Source: Oikopleura dioica (lineage: Eukaryota; Animalia; Chordata). From it: a stretch of DNA of 64,000 bases. The translations under genes were made by a program, and so were the position numbers. The DNA lies in the NCBI GenBank assembly GCA_907165135.1, contig OU015567.1, forward strand, positions 13,330,001 to 13,394,000, given 5' to 3'. The notes beneath the pieces were generated by a model, which made no database searches, had not been told where the DNA came from, and saw only the letters and a program-made list of their open reading frames with translations. Position 1 is the first letter of the stretch. Each line of letters opens with the position of its first letter. This document shows positions 1-12,400 of this stretch, in pieces.

Positions 1-26
1 TCCAGGGCTGCCAAATTTTCATCTTA

Positions 27-1346
27 TTATTTAAATCGCTGGTGGACATAAATACGCACATCATTCATAGGAATTTCTTTTATGCCTTCTGTTATATAAA
101 ATTTAATGCAATAATGACTGACATTGTTTTTAATTGCTGTTATATAATCATTTATATAACATTTGTAATAATAAGATGCATTCACGGATGAATTGGCAAG
201 TTAAATTACCTATGTATTTGCTGATTTGGGCCAGGAGTTCTTCTGTACGGAGTTTTACCGCGTTGTTTCCGCCAACAACAATAGGAATGACATTCTCTGT
301 GATGCCTTGGCCGGATTCTGAGGGAGGCTCACTTTTCGTCTCCGGAGATTCTGAAAATAAATAAGTTGAGAAAAACAAGGTTCTTCTTGTTTACCGTCAT
401 GAAGATGAGTTGGCGAGGTGTAGCTAGAATCAGGGCTCTCCATCGCTCTTTCATCACAATCTTCATTCACGAGAATTTCCTCGATGCCGATTTCGGGCTC
501 TCTCTCCGTTTTGACGTTGGGATTTGTTGGACTCGGGCTTGCTGGATTGACGTGCATTACGTTTTCTGCAACGGCAAGATTCGGGATCAAACCGGGAACG
601 ATAGACAACCCTGCTTCGCTGATAAATTGCGAAGGACCAGTGACGACTTTTGTTGATTCTTGAAGAACTGTTGAGGAGAGGTCTTCGATTTCTTTGAATT
701 GGTTCTGAAACATTTCATTATACTCATAGAAGGAAAAAAATGCATACCTTATAGCTGAATTTGCGAGAGTCCTTCTGCTTGGAAATGTGATAGACCTTCT
801 TGAGATTTCGGTACTTTTGCGCGCAGAGTTGATGCGTAATCGTCACTGTTTTCAGCCACTCGCTTCTTGCATCTCCCTAAAAAATAAATGAACGGGGATA
901 AGAAAAAGTTGCTTTCTACCTTGTTGATGATGTCGGCGACGATTCTCTTTAGAATTTCTATCAAGTCAAGCCAGTCTTCTTTGAAAAGCGTGAGATTTGG
1001 CTTTCGCTTCGCCGCTAGAAAATTTTGGAATTATTCAAGTGAAAAGTTTCAAGAGCCAGCTCCCCAAAAATAAGGGAGCGTGACCCCTTATTTTCTTTCG
1101 GAGACACCAAGACTTACTGATATCGTCGATAAACTTGCGCCTTGTTCTCTGAACGCAGAATTCGACGAGTGAGCTCTCGAGAATGCCCCCCTGGACTCTC
1201 CAAATCTCTCTGTTATAGTTCGAGTACGATCTCGAAGCGCTCTTTTCCGTTTTCACCGCGCTTTCAGCCGGCTCCTCGCTGCCTTGGCTTTGGCCCTGAG
1301 AAGATATTTGATTCATCAACGCGTTGAGCTCGACGCCGGACATCAT
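27..1346 (-). CDS. Myb/SANT-like (trihelix) DNA-binding protein, about 6 exons
   Basis: Joining ORFs 1035-1346, 749-964, 255-713 and 148-378 across GT-AG introns gives NREIWRVQ...EDWLDLIEIL...HQLCAQKYRNLKKVYH, resembling the trihelix recognition helix (QC..KW.NLKK.Y). Last exon EGIKEIPMNDVRIYVHQRFK, stop at 27-29. Confidence 0.55.
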
Positions 1347-1812
1347 TTTCCACCACGCAAATGAGCTACTGTTATCTTATCGCTTCGGCTCAAGTCTCAC
1401 GCTCTAGTAATTATTTTTTCAATAATTAAAAAAGGATGAAGTTTCAATATTTGGTTTTTATCAATAAACAGACAGAAACTTGAGAAATTTTTAAAGCGAG
1501 ACAAACAGACATGATAAAAAATCACTTATATATTAATTAAAATGGCAAGGTATCGTTGATGAGATAAATCGGCCTGTGGAAACGAACACTGTACTTTGAG
1601 GGTTTCAGCTAACGATAAACTTTCAATTACTCTTCGTTTTTCTATGCTTAATTTTAAATAATTAAATTAAAGAATGAAACTATACAAATGTGAAATCAAA
1701 ATACGGAAGGAATTCTGTTTGCATCAAATATATTTTATACAGCGGATTGGTTTTCAATAATTATTAAATATTTAGTTGCGATTTGTACAAAAAAAGATCT
1801 TCATGTTTTTTT

Positions 1813-4098
1813 TCACTCATTTTTGGATTTAGCAGCTGTTAGAAGTTCATTTTCCCGCAGCTCGGTCGTGTTCTGGTTCTCCTCGGGCGGCTCAGTCACG
1901 ATGTCGACTTTCCAGAGATCCCAGAAAGACCACATTATGTAGCCGAAACTGAGGAATGCCCAGAACCATTTAATGTGGACGGGGAAGGGCATGCTAACCG
2001 TTTCCCAGCCGAATTTGAGGCAGATGAGCATTTCTTTTCAAAGAGGTGAGAATTGAGACTTATTACCAAAAATTATGAAAATCTTTCATTATGATCCTTA
2101 TTGCCAAATAAAAATTATTGCGCGTTTTCAAGTAAAGGGGAAGTTGAAATAAGTCATTCTTTGGAAAACTTTTTCTCTCTCTCTCTCCGCGATGTTGTTT
2201 GAGAGAAAAAGAGAAGCGGTCGAATCGAGCGGTCGCGGTTGCCGCCCACACAGTCCACTCGGCAGGGTGAGCGCGTTGACACTGACCCCCAGTCACAGTG
2301 CGCGCGCGTGCCCAACTTACTCCCCTCCAAGCCGCGACAGATGGCCAAAACACCAAAATTATTGATTCCAAACAAACGAAATGGGGGCCCAATGAATGAA
2401 TTTCTAACATAGAATTTCTCACCCTTCCTGTGATAATAACGGCGACAGCAATCCACGCTGACTGTCCAATTTCGGCAGTAACGCCAGACAGGAAATCGTA
2501 GGCTTCACGAACTGCCACGGCTCCGGCAGCGGCGACGAACCAGAGTCGGCCGAGTACGATCGGGTGATCTGGAGGGGCCCACATGACGAATTTGAGGTAG
2601 AAAGTGTTGAGCTCGCAGATGAGCACGAAAATGATGATGACGTTTACGCTGAATGAATGATAAGTTTTATGAAATATGGTTAAAAGTAACGGAACGCAGC
2701 CTTTTCTAAGAGTTTCTTATAAAGAAAAAAGCCGTGTTCACGAAATTTCGTTACTTGTTTCGTATTCTTCGATGGTTTTCCCGTTAATTTTTCAAATTGA
2801 ACTATCAAATCGTTTTTGAATCTTACCTAACCCATCTTCGTATGCTCGTATTTGGCTTCCAGGCGAAGGAAACCCAGGAATAAGGAGAAAACTGCGCGAT
2901 AACTCTTCTCATCTTATTTTTGTATCCCATTTGGTTTCTGATTCCGATCCAGTTGTATTCTTTGTTCTCCAGCACCTTGAGCGCCTTGTTGCCAAGCCAG
3001 ATGCCGCCGAAATTGCAAAGAAGAACGTCGAGAATCCAGTGATCCCACCAACACTCGGAGAAGTTCGGAAGTTGATGTTCTAGCGAGTATTCGAGGAATT
3101 CGAATGTGACAGAAAGAACGTTCGTCATCCAGAAATCGCGGATGATCAAAGTTTTGCAAAACCAGCCAACAGCGTGGGCCACGACGAAACCGTCCATTTT
3201 TCCTGAAAATAGGATTTTCCACAAGATAACGACTTTAGTAAAAAGAATAAAGAGAAGAAGCTTCGTGCTTTGTTTTTTCCTTCCTTTTTATATATTTCTT
3301 GCCTTTTAAATTCTTGAATGGATCGTCTGGATAGGCCTCGGGATCATAAATCTTGCAAGTGTCTCCGTACGCGGTTTCCGTGATGGTTTTGTTCAAACTC
3401 GGGTCGAGGAATTGAATTGTCTGCCGAAACATTTTCGGCGTTTGGAAGAGGAAGAACACTAGGATCAATTCGTACAAAACGCAGAAAGAAAACAAAAATC
3501 TCCAGATTATCGGGTGAGGTCGGTAGAAGGGTCCGTCTCGCGCGTATGTGACTCTGGAAAACGAAAAGGGTTAGCGAAAGAATGATGAGAGCTGGAGCGA
3601 AGCGAGGCTTTGCTCAAATGAAAAATTTTTCAAAACAGAGCGAAGCGAATCGTCAATTCGAAAGAAGAACCTGAATTCTTGAGCCGAAAAGAACATTTTG
3701 GTCCTAACAGCTTCGACTCGAAAGTAAAGGTTCTTTTTTTTTTGAAGCAAAGGTTCTCTTCGCTCCGTTTTCGAATACTTTTTATTTGAGCCAAGCTTCG
3801 CTTCGTTAGTCCTTTTACATCTTTCTTACCCGAAAGCAACAAAAACGACTGCTACAGCGTAAAGTCCTCGTTTTACGTTTGTGTTGAAATCGTCGACTTC
3901 TTTGTTCGAAAAGGCCATATATGAAAGAAAGCCGAGAAGAATGAGCAAGGAAGAGAAGGTGTGAGGTCGGAAGATGAAGGAGAAGGTGCCATCGTCTCTG
4001 ACTGAATCTTCGCAAGAATGACGCCTCTTCCAGCTCATGTTGTAAAAGCGCGTCGGCGGACCCGATCCGGAGATTCCTCTTTTCAGCCGACTTTCCAT
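1813..4098 (-). CDS. PTDSS2: Phosphatidylserine synthase 2, 5 exons
   Basis: Motifs [66 protein letters not shown]. Introns 3554-3829 (GT-AG), 3203-3302 (GC-AG), 2649-2826 (GT-AG), 2034-2427 (GA-AG). Confidence 0.92.
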
Positions 4099-4197
4099 TC
4101 TGATCAAATAATATATTCTAGAGATGCAGAGCGTAATTACGAAGACACAGTATTGATGAAGATATCTACAACTATGAGTTTCTCAATTCTTACTTAA

Positions 4198-4619
4198 CCC
4201 TCTGCGTGACGATCAGAACTACCCCTATACGTGACGCGGATGCATTCAGTGCATCCGACCCATCTAGAACAATTTTTTGCTCATTTTTGCCAATTTTAGA
4301 AGAAAAACAGCCTGAATTCGCTGTTGTCAGTGTCTCAGAGACCGAAATACCCCCTTCTTCGGCGGCGAAACGGGCTCGAAGTTACGTAACATGCATCTAA
4401 ATAACTGTTCTCGAGACGAAAAATAGTAAAATTAGGACATTTTTTACGTTTTAAGGTTATTATAAAATCTGTTTTCAAAATGTTACGAAGCAGATTGGAC
4501 GTGCTCTTGGACGTAGATTCTTATTCTTTTTAAATTTTTGAATTCGAGCGAAATTTGAGAGAGAAATGGACAGAAAACCATGAGCGGATGCACTGAGTGC
4601 ATCCGCGTCACGCATAGGG
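4198..4619. mobile_element. piggyBac-like MITE (TTAA target duplication, CCC termini)
   Basis: TTAA at 4194-4197 and 4620-4623. Left end CCCTCTGCGTGACG matches the reverse complement of the right end CCCTATGCGTGACG at 13/14. A second, longer TIR copy at about 4223-4257 carries the palindrome CGGATGCA-n5-TGCATCCG, mirrored at about 4585-4605. No ORF of note. Confidence 0.8.
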
Positions 4620-6177
4620 TTAATAATGATCAGTTTCGTAATGCCCCAAAAGCTTTCAAATTTATCTCTTATTTTTTCAAAAGGAAATGAATTTTTCCCA
4701 CCCTAAATGAAACGAAAACCGCGATGAACCGCGGATGGCCCCGGGGTTTGAAATTTCCGAGCGGTTGAGTTTTTAGTTTCCTCTTGAAATCGGTGTTCTC
4801 AAGGAGAACTTCTCTTTGCTTTCTCAAAATCGGGTAATTAAATTAGTCTGATTGGCAAATCGTTTTTATCACCATTCAGCTGGAGCTGCAAAAGTAAAAG
4901 GCACTCACTTTGTTTCTTCGCGTTCGAGGCGACTAATACTGAGTAGCAGGCGGTTTAATTTGCCAAAAAAATAATCGGCCTAAAAAATCGATGCCTTTTT
5001 TGGAAGTGATTTCTCAAAAATGAGCTTTTCCCAATTTCCTCTCAGCTTCATTTTTCTCTCTAAAAATGGGATCTTGAAGAATTATCGAAATCTGTTCTTG
5101 AGTTTTGGAAGTGATAAGTTTATTCGACTGATAAAACTATAAAACCAGTCACGTGCTATTTCTATCCAGAAGGGGAAAAGAAACATAAAACTGGACAAGA
5201 TTCACGATCAGCTGACTTCATGTAAAATAATCAATTGTGGATGATAAATTTGGAAAATGATCCACTTGGAGACATTCCAGAGCCATTGTGTTTTTCGTTC
5301 TTATGAACTTTCAAATTAAAATCTTTCGCAGAAATATCTAAAATAAAAACAATAGTAAAGTAAATTACCATGATTATCATTTCTGAGTGACGGGACAATC
5401 TCTAAATGAAAAGAATCTTTATAAGAAGTTATTACTTATAAACGATTTTGCCGTAAGTAGGATTTATTCTTCCCTCAGGCGAGTTTTCTCCAATTTGAGT
5501 AGAAAAATGCGTATTCAACTTTCATAAATCTCTTCAAAAAAGGGTAATAAAATCAGAAAAGCAAAAAAATGGCGCTATTTTATTTTTACTCGAGTCAGAG
5601 TCCAGTCTTTGGTCGAGCCAGTTACGCAACAATCAGCGTGTTTAGGAAAGCAGAAGAAAGTAATTCCTTTCGTTATTACGTTTATCGCTTTCTCTTTTCT
5701 GCGAAACTCGAAAATCGTTGTCTAAGTTCACCCAGGGTTTAGATCAAAGGAGCGCCCAATGAGATTTCGCGCCGCGGAAAGAAGGATTTCCAATTTGGCC
5801 AGTTCAGAACTTTCGCCGAACTTTTTGGAAAGAGAACAAACGAAAAAAAAGAAGAAGAAAGGGAAAACAGAAAAATAAGGAAACTCATTACTCATCCAAG
5901 TTGAGAAGGATCACGCTGCGATCGAAAAAGGTATGAAGCGGGATTTTTTATTGAAAAGAAATTAAACTTTTTTAACTTTTGATTTTTTTATAATTGTTGA
6001 GAATTCGCAGCGAGGGTAATTTACATTAGCAATTAGAGAAACTTTTACAAGCGTAAAGATTCTCTCTCATTATCAGTAACAAACAAGAAGCATCACCAAA
6101 AGTCTGGGCATATTCGTATCTGTTTTTCTGAAATACAGACACGAGCTACTTCTTGAAGTCCAATTCTGGCTGGGCGC

Positions 6178-6360
6178 CGAGCGGCATCTGAGCGTGAGCG
6201 AGCAAGCGATCGCTCATGCTCCGCTCAATTCGCTCGCTCAAGGTTAAAAAATATGACACCTGAGCGAGTTTTGAGTCAACTCAGAGCCGGGCTGAGCTCA
6301 ATGATTGAGTTTAAGTATGAGCTCATGCAGCTCAAAAAAGTATATTTTGAGCTAGCTCAG
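6178..6360. repeat. Dense GAGC/GCTC inverted-motif array
   Basis: About 18 GAGC or GCTC tetramers in about 185 bp, e.g. TGAGCGTGAGCGAGCAAGCGATCGCTCATGCTCCGCTCAATTCGCTCGCTCA. Confidence 0.6.
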
Positions 6361-6671
6361 ATTAATTTTGAATAAGCTTGAGATAGAATTAGCTGAGGCT
6401 TTCGTTCTTTCTGCTTTTCTGAAAACTAGAAAATTTCCTCGAGCACTTTTGGAGTGTCGTTTTAGCACGATGTTCAAACGCATTAAACATGTTGGATGAA
6501 AGGGCGCTTTGTGAACGCACGAAAAGGCAAAACTCGTCTTTTTCATTTTATTTCCATAGTAACTGGGCAGAGTCAAGAATAAATCAAGTATCTCATCCAG
6601 CACTCAAATACTATTTCCTGCTATTTTTCGATTTAGAGATCCGAGCTGCTTTTAGAGAATTTTCGGGGTCA

Positions 6672-6693
6672 TTTGAGGTCACGTGACCTCAAA
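6672..6693. repeat. 22-bp perfect palindrome containing AGGTCA-n2-TGACCT
   Basis: TTTGAGGTCACGTGACCTCAAA; related copy at 9704-9719. Confidence 0.7.
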
Positions 6694-7189
6694 ATCTTAT
6701 TCAATGACATAGGATAGCACTTGAAAGTAACCTTCAAAAAATGAATTTTTTAAGCAAAGGGAGAAAAAAGTGCTGAAAATCAATTTTTGGCTGATGAATT
6801 GAATGCGACTAAGCAAGGGTCTACTGAATTGAGAGCTTTACTTTTTCTGTCAGCGGTGATTAATTTCTGTCTCGGATTCGACTTCAGCCCCTCAAGGCAA
6901 CAGCTTGAATTAGTTTGATACTTGCGGTTTAAATCTCCGCCCGATTACCGGTTTAAAGACAGAGAAACAACAAGCTCCATTTTCAAGTTTTCCAGTTTAC
7001 TTCTGTAATTATTCAGCTAATGTTTTCGAAATGATGATGATCTGTAGACTTGTTGAATGGTTGTTCAATCAGTCACATCCTGCCATTCCTTTCTAGGGGC
7101 GCTTATCATCGGAAGCGATAAAACAGAGCAGCTCGGGAAGCATAACTCGAAAATTAGTCCCAAATTATTGCTGTGAAATGTTGGCTTGA

Positions 7190-7610
7190 GCTGGGCCTGG
7201 CCTTTTGTGCTGCATTTTTGCGTAGTCTGCGGGCGGCCGTTGGCACCCGCTGGCGCCTCTTCACCCGGCTCAGCTAGCAGAAGCGTCTCCCGCTGCGCGC
7301 CCGTTCCCGCACCGGACTTTCGCTAAAATTGAAAATAAAGGAAACCGAAAGCGATCCTCTATTTTCTGAAATTGAGAAGCACTCTCTCTCATTTTACCAT
7401 TAGTTCAAATTCCAATTCATGAAATTCTCCACTTTTATCAGTTTTTCAAGAGGAAGAAATAGACGAAGAAATTTTAAAAAAATTTTAAATCAGATTTTTT
7501 CAAGAAATTTTCTTTTAGAAAAGTTCAAATCCCGCTGCTCCCTCTTAGCACCCTAAGACGCAAAGATCAATCTACACATGCTTATGTGCGTGTGTGTGCG
7601 TCTGTGTGTG
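7190..7610 (+). promoter_or_regulatory. GC-rich island plus (GT)n tract, probable upstream regulatory region of the FAM13 gene
   Basis: GC/CpG-rich stretch at about 7190-7320 in an AT-rich background, and a TGTGCGTGTGTGTGCGTCTGTGTGTG tract near 7585-7610. Function is inferred only. Confidence 0.3.
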
Positions 7611-8432
7611 TTATCTTTATCAGCAGCGTGCCCAAAGAGCAGGAGAGCGGCGAAAAGCAGCTCAATCCCCATGAAGCAAGTTGCTCAAAACACAATCCAG
7701 AGAGATTATTCACTGACACCTCGAAATTTTGAAAGCGTGTTTACCGCTCTAGCATAGATTTATCGACTGGAGAAACAACAAACGTTTATTTCAGAGAAAT
7801 TGGCGAAACAAACTCATAAACAAGAACCCAAACAAGAGAGCGAGAAAGAAACTAGTAAAGAGATTGGAAAGAAGAAAATGATGGAATTGTAGAAAAATGT
7901 TGGAATGAAGAAAATATTCCCGCTGCGGTGAGTTTTTTTATTTAGGAAAATTTTTGAACGTGAATCAGAATAATCAGACCACAAGCCAGTACTTCCGTTG
8001 TTATCATGTGAGAGTCCCTCCTTGAAAAAGACCAGGGAATGTTATTTCTTGGAGTGCTAGAATTTCTTCTTTTGGTATTTTTTATAGAAAAATTTCAGAT
8101 TTTTGTATGTTTATTTAAAAATAGAGCGGAGACGGAAATTATCTTTGTTGATATTAGTTTTGATTGCAAATTGATGAAATAATAATGATAAAAAAAGTTT
8201 TATTGAATAAGTATTTTTCTTGTAGAAAAAGCACTCCAAGGACTGTGTTATGTTGTAGTGCTAACCTATAGCGGATTAGGCTTTGGCACGCAGATTTACG
8301 TCGACTTTGCTCAAGGCAGAGCTGAGGCCTGAAATCCTCGACCATAAATCTTTTTGAAAAGTATCATCTGACACCCATTTCAAAAAATGGCTAGTCAAAG
8401 AATACTTTTTCACTATCAAAACTCAAATTTAA

Positions 8433-9089
8433 GGACCCCCCCATCAAGATGAATTTGGTCAAAATTTTCTGTATTTTTTGGTCTTTTTGGGTTCTTTAGA
8501 CAACGAGGAGAAACTTTTATGTTGAAATTTTTTTCGCTGCTATAGAAATTTTTGACTAAAATTGGCTTTAAAAAATGGAAATTTGCATTATATTTTTTAT
8601 GAAAATCCTTGGTTTGCTATATTTTCATTTTAATTAAGGGTATACCCATCTTTAAATGCATTTCCATCATAAAAACAGTCAGAAAAATATAATCGAAGGC
8701 AGTTTTTTTAAGAAAAACTTAAAATTGAAATCTGTAAATTTGCCATTTATTCGACTTATAAATTTTTAAAGGGGCTGTCCTCCTTAAGTTCGTTGACCAA
8801 AAACTCTCAAAAGAGGAACGGTCGTAGCTTAGGGCCTTAACTTTATGCTGTAAAAAGATTAAGGGTATACCTCAACTAAAATCCTTAAAAAAACTTTCAC
8901 TAAGCAACTTTACCTATAAGGGCCTGTATACCCTTAAATTTGTAATCGAGAGATTATCATAAGGGGAACGGTTGCAGCCGAGGGTTTGATCTAACGGTAG
9001 CAAGTGAAAGTAAGGATCTACCTAAGATAGTTTCTGAGAAAAACTTTCACTAAACAGCCCCTTTTTCACGATTCTTGATGGGGGGGTCC
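8433..9089. mobile_element. Kolobok-like non-autonomous element (TTAA flanks, GG...CC termini) with nested TIR pairs
   Basis: TTAA at 8429-8432 and 9090-9093; perfect 17-bp TIR GGACCCCCCCATCAAGA. Internal TTAA-GGGTATAC (8634, 8859) / GTATACCC-TTAA (8926-8937) and AGGGGCTGT (8770) / ACAGCCCCT (9054) pairs. Confidence 0.75.
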
Positions 9090-9457
9090 TTAAAGCCATT
9101 TTCTCGCGCTTCCTATCAACTAGGTTTAGGTCCCTAATGCTTAGATTTTAGGCTTAGAAACTTTAATTTTCAATAAGAAAAATAAAAAGTTAAATCTCAC
9201 TTTCGCGGGTTTCAAATCTCGGCCAAGAAAAAATAATCGTGGCTAGCCGCCGAACAAAACATCTGTGGCTTTTCCTCTTGAAAGTGCTCAAGTTAGTGTG
9301 AGATAATTACGGAAGCCTGGCTAATCCCCGAGCGCGTAATTCTGAACTTTCGTAATTCATGCGTGCTGATTTTGAATAGATTCAGAAACAATTTGAGCAG
9401 CTCTTTTTTCCGCTTTTTCGAAAGTGGGAAATGCCAGCGCTTTTTTGAAAAGAGAAA

Positions 9458-12400
9458 ATGTGCAATCCTTGCTTCAAGAAAAATAAAGTAACGCCTTTTG
9501 TTAGCTCTCGCAGCCGATCACCTGGTGGCTCCAAAAAAGGGAATTGGAAAATTCGGATGTCCTCTTTCTGCTCTTCCTCTTGAACCCTCTCCGTTAGAAC
9601 CTGGGCAACAGACGCCTTCTTTACTCAATGCGGTTAGTTTTATTTGCTAGGATTTAGGGTTACGTGTCCTCAAATGACCTTGAAGTTCATTCCGGGATCA
9701 TTCGAGGTCATATGACCTCTTAATTCATTATTTGAAAGGAATCTTACTTGTAAGTTTAGCTCATCCTATGTCTACGTCCACATATTTCCGCGGAAGGGAT
9801 TTTCCGAGCCTGTGCCCCTAAGAACACAGTCAACGTTCTGAAAGCCAAGGCTGAATCGAACCGTCTCTTTGAAGAGCCTCTTCGTGATCCTTTAGCTCTG
9901 GCATGTTTGCTCAAAACTTGGCTGCGGGAAATTCCTCAAGGTACCTTTTCCCCTCTTTTCTGCTCTTGATTGATTTCAGGAATAATTCCAATGGAGAGCC
10001 AAGAAGAAATGCTCAACTCAAATGGCACCATCGAAGAGCTGGAAGCGATTATCTCGCGAATGCCTCCCGTGAACCGCTCGACGTTGCTCTTTCTGTTCAA
10101 ATTCCTCAACGACGTCGCGAAGAACACGGAGAATCACATGACCGCTTCCTCCCTCGCGATTTGCATCGGCCCGAGTCTTTTCAGAATCGGCAGTTCTGAT
10201 GCTGATGCACTGAAAACGACGAATAAGACGAACGAAATTGCAAATAAATGCATTAAACAATTCCCGAAGCTGTTTACTCCTGTGGGTGCAAATAATGGAG
10301 AGAAGGAAATTGTCAAGATGAGCTCGATATCGTCTCCAAGGCATGTTAAAAAATCAAGGTATAGCAAATCAAGATGTCAAATCGGATATCAAGTAGATCC
10401 GTATAATAGCAGATCAAACATAGTAGAACGTAAAGTTTTCATTTTATAATGTCAAATTTAATATTAAATGAATTCGTATAATCCACGAGCAAATCGGGTG
10501 GAAAGATTCCAAAAAGTTTTCATTTCATTGTGTATCAAAAAGTATGTTTATTTTTCATAAAAATTCCATATTTATACCCACAGTTATGGTTAGCGGTGGT
10601 GAGCAGAAGTCGATCAAAATTATGATAACTCCTACCGTAAAATCTGAAGTTGATCATCAACGCCGATTGTCGATCGAACCAACACAACTGAACCAAACCC
10701 AACCTAACCATTAATATAGTATGGCGAGTTTGACGCCTCCAACGACTCCATCTCCGAGTCCTTCTCCTAAGTCTAAGAAGTACTCCGTCGCTACCTCTTC
10801 TTCGATAGAACTGATCGTCAAAAACCGCCTCGATGAAATTCTGAGCGGAGATGGCGATGAAACTCTTGATGTCTTTTCAAAGCCGGAAGAGAATCACCCA
10901 AGACTTCCAACGCTCACGAGGTCCGCCCCTCTGAGGTAACAAATATTCAATGTTCGATAAGATAAAGGTTGTTTTTCAGAGGTTCAAAGCGACGGCCTAG
11001 TCGGAAGCATCGAGAAGATCGCGCTCTAAATGGCTCGGCGGAACTGCACTCGAGTGATAAGAGCAACTCTCAAGAAATACTGGAGGGCGGGTCAAGCGCG
11101 TACGAGCGGCTCAAGGAGGGAGATAATCTAGAAGGCTGGCGAAGCTCGCCGGCTATCAGTCGCTCCTCCACCGCCGACATGCTCAATTTCGCCAGCGCTG
11201 ATAATGATAACAACGCCAAACACAGCGCAACGAGTGATAACGCCGCGCCCGCTGAGCTCTCCGAGGAAAAACCCCCGCTCGAAGAAAAAGAAACAGACAA
11301 AAATATTAAGAAAGAAAAGACACCTATCGAATCTACTCGTATTCCTTCAGCACCATCCAAAACCGACGACTTGCCATATGCCGATGCAGATCCAACTCCT
11401 AACGAAGCGCCAGTGAAAGCCGACGTGGACGGTGGTAACTCTAAACTCGAAAAACTCGATCTTCCAAAGCTCGATCTCTCTGGCGTCTCTGCGAATTCCG
11501 ATGAAAAGATTCAACCCGAGACGAAGACTCAGGAGCCAGCCCCAGTCTCTCCCAAATCGATAATTCGAGAAGAAATAGAAGGGAATCATATTGAGAGCCC
11601 ATCAAATCTGATGACCGTTTCTCCCAAGCAAATTCATAAAACGGAGCCCAACACTGCTGTCTCCAGCCTCGCAAATACCCCTGCTACCTCACCAGAGCCT
11701 AAAGTTCAAGGGTTAGTGCGAATGCAAAAAGAACTTATTTCTAACTTTATCTTCAGACAAAAGTCCCCCGATGTGCCAGCAGTTATCACGGAAAAACAAG
11801 AAACGCCAGTTATGCCTCGAAAAGCTTCGAAAAAGCGCAGCAAGAGAATCTCCAGCGATTCCCGCCGCCGTAAAAAGATTCGGAAGAGAAAACGAGCCAT
11901 CATGTTCGCTCGCAAAGTGATCAACATAAATCGAGTAAGCACAAGAGCCGCGGAAGAACTCCAGTTCGTCGAGACGCGAATAACGTCAGTGCGCGTCCTG
12001 GAACTGCGCCTATGACTTCTCCTATCTCGCTTGCATCCCCTATTCCTCAAGAAGGTAATGGTTTAATTAAAGACTTATAGACTATAAGTTATAGTCATTT
12101 TCACGCCTATTCATCTTCCTCAAGCCGCAAGAGGATTACCTTAATCATACTTTTGGCCACTTCGCTCTAATTGAAATGGTTTCTTTAAACAAGAAAAGAT
12201 CATTTTTTGAAATGGCGCGGCGGAAAATCAGCAATAAAGAGCTCAGAAAATGGTTTTCTTTAGAAAACGGGTTGGATCGAATGAACCGATTGAAGAACGC
12301 TGTTACTGACTTGGAAAAACGAATGTTTCAGCGGAGAGTTTTTTCTATCAGGGCAGAAGAGATCACACTTATGTCTGAGTTACAGATTCGCGAGGAGAAG

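Noticed and set aside
3-14. CAGGGCTGCCAA, a hAT-like terminus
   Set aside because: At the window edge with no partner or TSD visible.
9520-9560. Apparent frameshift or slippery site at the A6 run in FAM13
   Set aside because: A 52-nt GT-AG intron (9488-9539) restores the frame without any shift.
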